From a virus (lineage: Duplodnaviria; Caudoviricetes): a DNA stretch of 30,028 nt. The position numbers were made by a program, and so were the translations under genes. The stretch is from the IMG/VR virus record IMGVR_UViG_3300035494_000035, positions 1 through 30,028 of that record. One strand, written 5' to 3'. Shown here piece after piece: positions 23,880 to 30,028 of the stretch. The notes under the pieces were generated by a model. That model searched no databases and was not told where the DNA came from. It saw only the letters and a program-made list of their open reading frames with translations. How positions within the stretch are numbered: the first letter of the stretch is position 1; every line of letters starts with the position of its first letter.

Positions 23880-24320
23880 ATGTCAGCGTTAAAAGAAGCA
23901 ATCAAATTTGATTTGAAGAGTGCTCGTTATAGTAATAGCCAAGATGATTCTAAATTGATTGGTTATTTTGTGAAAAGAACATTCGCAATCACAACACAAC
24001 TTCATGTGTATCACCTATTAACCAAAAACTACAATGTTCATGAAATTATTGGTGACTTGTATGAATCAATCCAATCTAATGTTGATGGGTTGGCTGAAGG
24101 GTATTTGGCTATTGGTGGTGAATGTGAAGGTACGTTTGAATCAGTAACTTTCTATGAATATGATTTCGGTCAGCTAATGGAACTCATCTTTGATTATAAG
24201 GATAGTATTGAAGAATCAATTGAATCTTTGGAGAGTGCTGAAGAAGAAGCAATCAAAGCAAAACTAATCAATATTCAAGAAGCGGTACACAAGGCTATCT
24301 ATCTACTTCAGATGGCTTAA
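23880..24320 (+). CDS. Dps/ferritin-like four-helix protein
   Basis: QLHVYHLLTKNYNVHEIIGDLYESIQSNVDGLAEGY follows the Dps pattern H-x-x-H...H-x6-Y...D-x3-E. Ends in KAIYLL. Confidence 0.75.
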   Translation: MSALKEAIKFDLKSARYSNSQDDSKLIGYFVKRTFAITTQLHVYHLLTKNYNVHEIIGDLYESIQSNVDGLAEGYLAIGGECEGTFESVTFYEYDFGQLMELIFDYKDSIEESIESLESAEEEAIKAKLINIQEAVHKAIYLLQMA

Positions 24321-24343
24321 AATAAATCAATTTGTTTAATTGT

Positions 24344-24351
24344 TATAAATA
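24344..24351 (+). promoter_or_regulatory. Late promoter TATAAATA for scaffold
   Basis: Exact consensus followed by CTATT. Confidence 0.78.
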
Positions 24352-24392
24352 CTATTGAAAACATAACATTAATTGTTTAGGAGAAATCAATT

Positions 24393-25211
24393 ATGAACCT
24401 TAAAGCGTTGATGGAAAGTGGTCTTTTGACTGCCGAATCAAAAGAAGTGATTGAAGAGCAGTTCAAGACTGCCCTAGCAATCAAAGAGAAAGAACTTGAA
24501 GAAAGCTTTGAAGCTAAGTTGGTTGAAGAGAAGGCTGGAATGTTGGATACCGTTATGGAAATGGTTGAAGAAGCTGTAGCTGACGAAATGCAATCAATCG
24601 CTGAAGAAGTTAAACACGCTCGTACCTTAGAAGTTCAATATGCTGAAAAGCTAGAAACTTTTAAAGAAGAGTACGCACAGAAACAAGACGAACAAATGAA
24701 AATCTTGGTTGCTGAATCTATTGCTGAAGAAATGGAAGCAATCCAAGAAGATATTGAAGCTGTTAAGAAGCATGAATTTGTCATGGAAATGTTTAACACC
24801 TTTAAATCATCTTATGAAAAACTTTTCGGTGCATCTGACATCAATGTTTATGATGAGCTTGAAGAAGCAAAATCTGAACTTGACCAGTTGAAGCGCGAAA
24901 AGAAAATCAATGAACTTCTTGAATCTGTGACTGGTAAGAAACGCCAAATCGCAGAAACCATTCTTGAATCTGTAGAAACTGAAAAACTTGACTCAAAATT
25001 TGAATCAATCAAATCAGTTCTTTTGGCAGAGTCTCAAGAAGACAAGCAAGAAGGCGAAGTGATTTCTGAATCTGAAGAACAAGATGCACCTAAAGGTACT
25101 GTTGTTCTTGAGAATGAAGAAGAAAAAGAAAAAGACGTTGTACAAGAATCAGCAGTTGACCCAATTGTTGCAAAACTTCAACGCTCTCTTAAAATCGCAA
25201 CCAAGCGTTAA
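24393..25211 (+). CDS. gp22: Prohead core scaffold protein, T4 gp22-like
   Basis: Glu-rich coiled coil with many hydrophobic-x-E-S sites, located between protease and major capsid genes. Confidence 0.82.
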   Translation: MNLKALMESGLLTAESKEVIEEQFKTALAIKEKELEESFEAKLVEEKAGMLDTVMEMVEEAVADEMQSIAEEVKHARTLEVQYAEKLETFKEEYAQKQDEQMKILVAESIAEEMEAIQEDIEAVKKHEFVMEMFNTFKSSYEKLFGASDINVYDELEEAKSELDQLKREKKINELLESVTGKKRQIAETILESVETEKLDSKFESIKSVLLAESQEDKQEGEVISESEEQDAPKGTVVLENEEEKEKDVVQESAVDPIVAKLQRSLKIATKR

Positions 25212-25235
25212 TTAAAAATAAAATTGAACAATTAT

Positions 25236-25243
25236 AATAAATA
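25236..25243 (+). promoter_or_regulatory. Late promoter variant AATAAATA for major capsid gene
   Basis: 7/8 match upstream of an AGGAG RBS. Confidence 0.55.
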
Positions 25244-25282
25244 TAATTGTAGATAATGAAAAACATCAATAATTAGGAGTTA

Positions 25283-26509
25283 ATGATGAGTGAATTTAAG
25301 AATTGGGGTGAATATAAATCAGCCCTGTTAGAAGGTTTGAACGACAAGCAAACTGCTATCCTTGGCGGCTTGATGGAAAATGTTCATAAAGAAAACTTGG
25401 AAGTTAAAGATGCACATAACACTGTTCTAGTTCAAGAAGCGGCTGAAGCTGGTTCTACTGGTACTGGTAACATCTCTCGCTTCGATATGATGTTTATGCC
25501 TTTGGTACGTCGTGTAATGCCTTCGTTGATGGCTATGGATTTGGTTGGTGTTCAACCTCTTCAAGCTTCTCGTGGCATCGTTCGCACCATCCGTCACCGT
25601 TACTCAGAAACAACTAACGATACCTCTGGTGGTACTCCTGTTGTTACTGCTAACGATGAAGCTTCTGGTATGAATGTCTATGACAAATACTCTAAGCTTG
25701 TTCTTGGTGGCGACTATGACGAAGTTGACGCTCTTGACCCATTTGCACAAACTGCATACCTAGAAGGTAATCGCGGTAAGCCAATGGATTTAGAAGTCGT
25801 AACTGACTCTGTTGAAACCATGTCTCGCAAATTGAGCGCGTCTTACTCTCTTGAGTCTGCTGACGACTTGATGGCTTATGACGGTCTTGACATCGAAGCT
25901 GAACTTTCTCAATCACTTGGTGATGAAATCCTTCGTGAAATGGACAGAGAGTTAATCAACGAACTTACCGCTTTGGCTGGCATCGTTGAATCTTTTGACT
26001 TCGCGGCTGTAGATGGTCGTTATGCTGGCGAAAAATTGGCGGCATTAACCATCGCATTGGATAACCTTTCTGGTCGTATCGCTATCGCAACCAAGAAAGC
26101 TGGTGCAAACTGGATGGTCGTTTCTCAAAAAATCTATACTGGTTTGAAAAATGCTTCTAACAGCACTTTCGTTCCAGCACAAGGTGAGCAGTTCGACATT
26201 TCATCTAGCTTGTTCGTTGGTACTCTAGCTGGTTCAGTTAAAGTGTATGTTGACCCATACCTAACCACTGATACCGTATTGATGGGTTACAAAGGTTCTG
26301 AAATCGACGCTGGTTTGATTTACACTCCTTACATCCCATTAAGCTCTTCTGGTGTTGTTCGCAACCCTGAAACTGGCGATTTCCGTGTAATGATGAGAAC
26401 ACGTTATGGCTTGTACAAAGCAACTGACCCTGCGAGGTCTTTAGGTACTGCACCTGACTACTATGCAACTTCTACAATCAGCAATATCAATCTCGGATTT
26501 ACTAATTGA
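25283..26509 (+). CDS. gp23: Major capsid protein, T4 gp23-like
   Basis: PLVRRVMPSLMAMDLVGVQP, SRKLSASYSLE, GLDIEAEL, EMDRELI, KVYVDPY, GYKGSEIDAGLIYTPYIPL and MRTRYG motifs. Confidence 0.97.
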   Translation: MMSEFKNWGEYKSALLEGLNDKQTAILGGLMENVHKENLEVKDAHNTVLVQEAAEAGSTGTGNISRFDMMFMPLVRRVMPSLMAMDLVGVQPLQASRGIVRTIRHRYSETTNDTSGGTPVVTANDEASGMNVYDKYSKLVLGGDYDEVDALDPFAQTAYLEGNRGKPMDLEVVTDSVETMSRKLSASYSLESADDLMAYDGLDIEAELSQSLGDEILREMDRELINELTALAGIVESFDFAAVDGRYAGEKLAALTIALDNLSGRIAIATKKAGANWMVVSQKIYTGLKNASNSTFVPAQGEQFDISSSLFVGTLAGSVKVYVDPYLTTDTVLMGYKGSEIDAGLIYTPYIPLSSSGVVRNPETGDFRVMMRTRYGLYKATDPARSLGTAPDYYATSTISNINLGFTN

Positions 26510-26534
26510 TTTGAGAACTGAGTAGAAACTGAGA

Positions 26535-26557
26535 AGCCCCTTAATTGGGGCTTTTTT
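26535..26557 (+). terminator. Intrinsic terminator after major capsid gene
   Basis: AGCCCC-TTAATT-GGGGCT-TTTTT; the same hairpin as at about 6200 and 7961, in inverted orientation. Confidence 0.85.
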
Positions 26558-26579
26558 GTGCCTGTAAGAAAATAAAAAT

Positions 26580-26610
26580 TTGACATAAAATTATTCATTT
26601 GGTATAAATA
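26580..26610 (+). promoter_or_regulatory. Hybrid promoter TTGACA-N17-TATAAATA
   Basis: Perfect -35, 17 nt spacer, and late consensus as -10. Confidence 0.8.
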
Positions 26611-26643
26611 CTTCTAAGTTATTATGAAAACAGGGAAACACAA

Positions 26644-28125
26644 ATGAATGACAAGGACATGTATAAAAACAAAGAATGGCTAGCTAAACAAATCAAAACA
26701 AAAAAATTACAAGAAATCGGAGAGATGTGTGGAGTTGGCAAACAGTGTATCAGTAAATGGGCTAAGAAGTTCGGCATCAGAGTAAAGTATAAGACCCCTC
26801 CCATAGAAAGTGATGGTATATATGCAAATAGAGAATGGTTAGAGAATGAGTTAAAAACCAAAACACACCAACAAGTAGCTGATGAGTGTGGGGTGACACA
26901 ATCTTTGATTACTAGATACGCAAAAAGATTCAAAATCGAAGCGAAGCACAATAAAGTTCCTGAAAACATTCAAGAACTTTTTGAAGATGTCGAAGAGTTG
27001 CAAAAAATATATGATACTATGACTTCAGAAGAGGTAATGTCTAAATATGGCGTTTCTAAAACTTATTACTACTCTAAGTTGAAAAAGCATAACATCGAAA
27101 AAACTAAAACACAAATAGACCCGTCTATTAAAGAGAAACTTATAGATAAGACGTGGTTACTATCACAATACGAAACAAAATCTACAGAGGTTATTGCGGA
27201 TGAACTTGGTGTTACTGGTAAAACAGTATGCATGGCGATGAAAGAGCATGGTATTGAATTTACATATGATAATAAAATCACGAAAGGTGTAGCAGAAATA
27301 GCGGATTACTTGGAAAGCCTTGGGGTGGAATATAAGTTGAATGATAGGACTATTCTATCCCCAAAGGAATTGGACATCTTTATTCCATCTTCCAATCTTG
27401 CGATAGAATATAATGGAACATTTTGGCATTCGGATGTGATTAAAAAAGAACAAAAGTACCATCAAAATAAATCATTGGGTTGTTATCATAAGGGAATTAA
27501 ACTACTCCATATTTGGGAGTATGATTGGACTAATAGAGAAAAACGAGATGTCATATTGAAAAAGATAAAGCATATGTGCGGTTTTGGTGAAAAGGTGTAT
27601 GCTAGAAATTGTGCGATTGCTGAAATCGGCAATAAGGAAGCAATAGATTTTCACAATAAAAACCACATACAGGGTGGAAAACATTCCAAACATAATATCG
27701 CGTTGAAATGTGATGATGAAATAGTAGCAGTTATATCAATTTCAAAATCCAAAGGAATACCTCTTGGCTTTGAAATTGATAGATTCTCCACAAGTAAATC
27801 TGTCATAGGTGGATTCAGTAAGATGTTGAGAGGGTTCACTGACAATAACGAATGGGGAACGATTAATACTTTTGCTTCGTTAGATTACGGATACGGTGAT
27901 ATGTATCGTAAATGTGGATTTGAAGAAGTAAAAATAACCAGACCAAACTACACATACCACAAAGGTAATATGAAGTTGAGCAGACAGCAAACAATGAAAG
28001 GGAATCTCCATAAGATTTTAGAAAATTTTGATGAGACTCTTAGTGAATATGAGAATATGATGAACAACGGGTTTATGCGGGTCTTCGATTCTGGAAGCGT
28101 TAAGTACACCCTGAACAAGAAATAA
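26644..28125 (+). CDS. Hef-like endonuclease/Mom-like fusion, copy 3, with four tandem HTH-like repeats
   Basis: Four repeats such as NKEWL...IGEMCGV...AKKFGI; ELDIFIPSSNLAIEYNGTFWHS; NHIQG, EIDRFS, GGFSKML, TFAS, GDMYRKCGF. Confidence 0.8.
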   Translation: MNDKDMYKNKEWLAKQIKTKKLQEIGEMCGVGKQCISKWAKKFGIRVKYKTPPIESDGIYANREWLENELKTKTHQQVADECGVTQSLITRYAKRFKIEAKHNKVPENIQELFEDVEELQKIYDTMTSEEVMSKYGVSKTYYYSKLKKHNIEKTKTQIDPSIKEKLIDKTWLLSQYETKSTEVIADELGVTGKTVCMAMKEHGIEFTYDNKITKGVAEIADYLESLGVEYKLNDRTILSPKELDIFIPSSNLAIEYNGTFWHSDVIKKEQKYHQNKSLGCYHKGIKLLHIWEYDWTNREKRDVILKKIKHMCGFGEKVYARNCAIAEIGNKEAIDFHNKNHIQGGKHSKHNIALKCDDEIVAVISISKSKGIPLGFEIDRFSTSKSVIGGFSKMLRGFTDNNEWGTINTFASLDYGYGDMYRKCGFEEVKITRPNYTYHKGNMKLSRQQTMKGNLHKILENFDETLSEYENMMNNGFMRVFDSGSVKYTLNKK

Positions 28126-28128
28126 AAT

Positions 28129-28159
28129 TTGACGTAAAATCATTCATTTGTTATAAATA
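28129..28159 (+). promoter_or_regulatory. Hybrid promoter TTGACG-N17-TATAAATA
   Basis: 28125-28159 matches 26576-26610 at 32 of 35 positions. Confidence 0.78.
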
Positions 28160-28190
28160 TAATCAACGGCGGCAAATATAGGAGAATCTA

Positions 28191-30028
28191 ATGTACGTTG
28201 ATTTCGAAGAACATAAGCATCTTAGTATTTCTGAGCTAAGGGAAGAATTGAATAATTTAACGATTGGTGTTCATTTTTATAAGAAAATGCCAAACATGGG
28301 TGAGGCAATTATTACTACAACTGCTTTCTTAGAAAATATATATAAAGATGTGGATATGAAGACCCGCATAGACTTTATCAGAAAGGGTTTCACCACGGAA
28401 TATGATTTGATTTGTCCAGTTTGTAAAACAAATCACTTATCAATTTCTGCCAAAAAACTATTCAACTCCACATGTGGAAGAAAATGTACCGATGAAATGA
28501 ATCGTGATAAAATCTCGAAATCCCATCGAAACAGAACAAAGGAAGAAATCGAGTTATCAAATAAAAAAAGGCAAGAAACTTGTGAGAAAAATTACGGCAC
28601 TAACAATGTTGCAAAGTTGTCCGAAACTATAGAAAAAGGAAAACAAACGTGCTTCAAAAGATATGGGAAGTACAGCCCATCCCAAGTTGAGGAGTTTAAG
28701 AAAAAAGCACAGGAAACGTGCAACGCCAACTTTGGTGTGCCAAATCCAATGATGTGCGGTGAAGTTGTTAAACGAAACATAGATACGGTAAGAAAGAATC
28801 ATAATGTAGATAATGTCTCTGAACTATCATGGGTAAAAGAAAAGAAAAAGAAAACATCATTGAAGAATAATGGGGCCGAGAACCCCATGCACAATGATGA
28901 AATAAAAAATAAAGCAATAACAAACGCACAAACTGCGATAAAAATGAATCACAATGTAGATAACCCAATTTTGGTGGAGGGAGCATTACAAAAACGAGAA
29001 CAAACTTATTTGGAAAATTGGGGAGAAACCCATGCACAAAAAACTGAACAAATGAGAGAGAAGAACCGACAACGCGCATACGACAGAATGGACGACACGC
29101 AGAAGCTTGCGTATGATATTTTGCGAAATCGAGAAGAGCTTGAAAAATGTTATAAAGAACATGGAATCGATTGGATTTGCGAGAAGTATCACATTGCATA
29201 CCAAACCGTATATAAACATCTAGGGGTTCTTGATATTGAGTTGAAAGGATTTGCCAAAATCTCTGAATCGGAAATGGAGGTATATAGATTCCTTACGGAC
29301 GACTTGGGAATAAAAAACATCATCCAAAGTAACAGAAAGCTATTGGGAAATCGCAGGGAAATTGATATGTTTATTCCAGAACTCAATATAGGCATCGAGT
29401 TTAATGGAGTATATTATCATAGTTCTAAATTCTTGGAAGACGACTACCACTATGATAAATGGGAAAAGGCAAAGCGAAACGGCATTCGACTTATACAGAT
29501 TTTTGAGGATGAATGGGAGTTTAATAAAGATTTGGTTAAGAAAAAGCTTAGTAATATTCTAAAATTAGACAATACTCCCTCAGTATATGCAAGAAAAACG
29601 GTGTGCGTTGAATTAACAAACCGAGAAGTGAAAGATTTTTTAAATAATAACCACATTCAGGGGGCTACTACAGGAACACATGTTTTTGGTCTGATGGAAG
29701 GTGATGAACTTGTTTCGGCTATGGTCTTTAAAACGGGTAGGGAATCTGGTGCTATAGAAATTGTCAGATTTGCATCTTCAAAGAGGGTTGTTGGTGGGTT
29801 TAGTAAAATCCTTAAACAATTTGTAAAATTGTATGGAGATCGATACACTATTATAACATCATTTGCAGATAAGAGATGGTCGGTTGGTGATGTATATTTG
29901 AAGAATGGATTCACCCATGTATATGACACAAAGCCAAGCTACACATATGTGGTAGGAATGACAAGACGACACAAATCTGGATTTAGAAAGAATAAATTAG
30001 AAAAAATGCTCAAAGACTATAATCCAGA
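28191..30028 (+). CDS. Hef-like endonuclease/Mom-like fusion, copy 4 (runs off the window)
   Basis: Not in the ORF track. Translated by hand from ATG 28191 (AGGAG RBS): MYVDFEEHK..., CPVC and CGRKC, TCEKNYG-type repeats, EIDMFIPELNIGIEFNGVYYHS, NHIQG, EIVRFAS, GGFSKIL, SFADKRWSVGDVYLKNGF. Confidence 0.8.
   Translation, partial: MYVDFEEHKHLSISELREELNNLTIGVHFYKKMPNMGEAIITTTAFLENIYKDVDMKTRIDFIRKGFTTEYDLICPVCKTNHLSISAKKLFNSTCGRKCTDEMNRDKISKSHRNRTKEEIELSNKKRQETCEKNYGTNNVAKLSETIEKGKQTCFKRYGKYSPSQVEEFKKKAQETCNANFGVPNPMMCGEVVKRNIDTVRKNHNVDNVSELSWVKEKKKKTSLKNNGAENPMHNDEIKNKAITNAQTAIKMNHNVDNPILVEGALQKREQTYLENWGETHAQKTEQMREKNRQRAYDRMDDTQKLAYDILRNREELEKCYKEHGIDWICEKYHIAYQTVYKHLGVLDIELKGFAKISESEMEVYRFLTDDLGIKNIIQSNRKLLGNRREIDMFIPELNIGIEFNGVYYHSSKFLEDDYHYDKWEKAKRNGIRLIQIFEDEWEFNKDLVKKKLSNILKLDNTPSVYARKTVCVELTNREVKDFLNNNHIQGATTGTHVFGLMEGDELVSAMVFKTGRESGAIEIVRFASSKRVVGGFSKILKQFVKLYGDRYTIITSFADKRWSVGDVYLKNGFTHVYDTKPSYTYVVGMTRRHKSGFRKNKLEKMLKDYNP

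Noticed and set aside
1066-29929. Many short ORFs in the track that are antisense to or overlap long genes (for example 8784-9452 +, 22030-22479 -, 28557-29929 -)
   Set aside because: They are shadows of well-supported genes on the other strand or frame and show no recognisable motifs. Those at 28.5-29.9 kb lie opposite endonuclease copy 4, which the track missed because it runs off the window.
1-30028. Alternative genetic code or stop-codon reassignment
   Set aside because: Core genes are full length under the standard code, and TAA, TGA and TAG all occur as plausible stops.

Overview
A 30 kb segment of a large, AT-rich myovirus genome related to the T4 superfamily but divergent from T4. 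Fur-box-like and IHF-like sites hint at a gammaproteobacterial host. Left part (minus strand) is a tail and baseplate module: tail sheath, three tail-tube-fold paralogs, a gp26-like hub protein with a small gp51-like ORF, a 688 aa unknown protein and a partial large protein. An AT-rich strand-switch region at about 10.55-10.9 kb is followed on the plus strand by a gp55-like late sigma factor, gp47/gp46 (Mre11/Rad50-like), a RuvC-like resolvase, and a Prim-Pol plus Acb1/57B-like gene pair bracketed by structured non-coding elements. The head module follows: gp2, portal, two hydrophobic proteins, prohead protease, a Dps/ferritin-like protein, scaffold and major capsid protein. Five freestanding endonuclease genes sit beside conserved genes: one GIY-YIG and four Hef-like nuclease/Mom-like GNAT fusions, each of the four with its own hybrid sigma70/late promoter. 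The most notable leads are the Prim-Pol cassette with a catalytically degenerate 2H protein and candidate ncRNAs, the nuclease-Mom fusion family, a T4 gene 49-style RBS-occluding hairpin on the RuvC-like gene, predicted protease-processed internal head proteins, tandem Fur boxes with a candidate origin, and avoidance of GATC and GCWGC. All family assignments come from motif recognition by eye; no database search was run.
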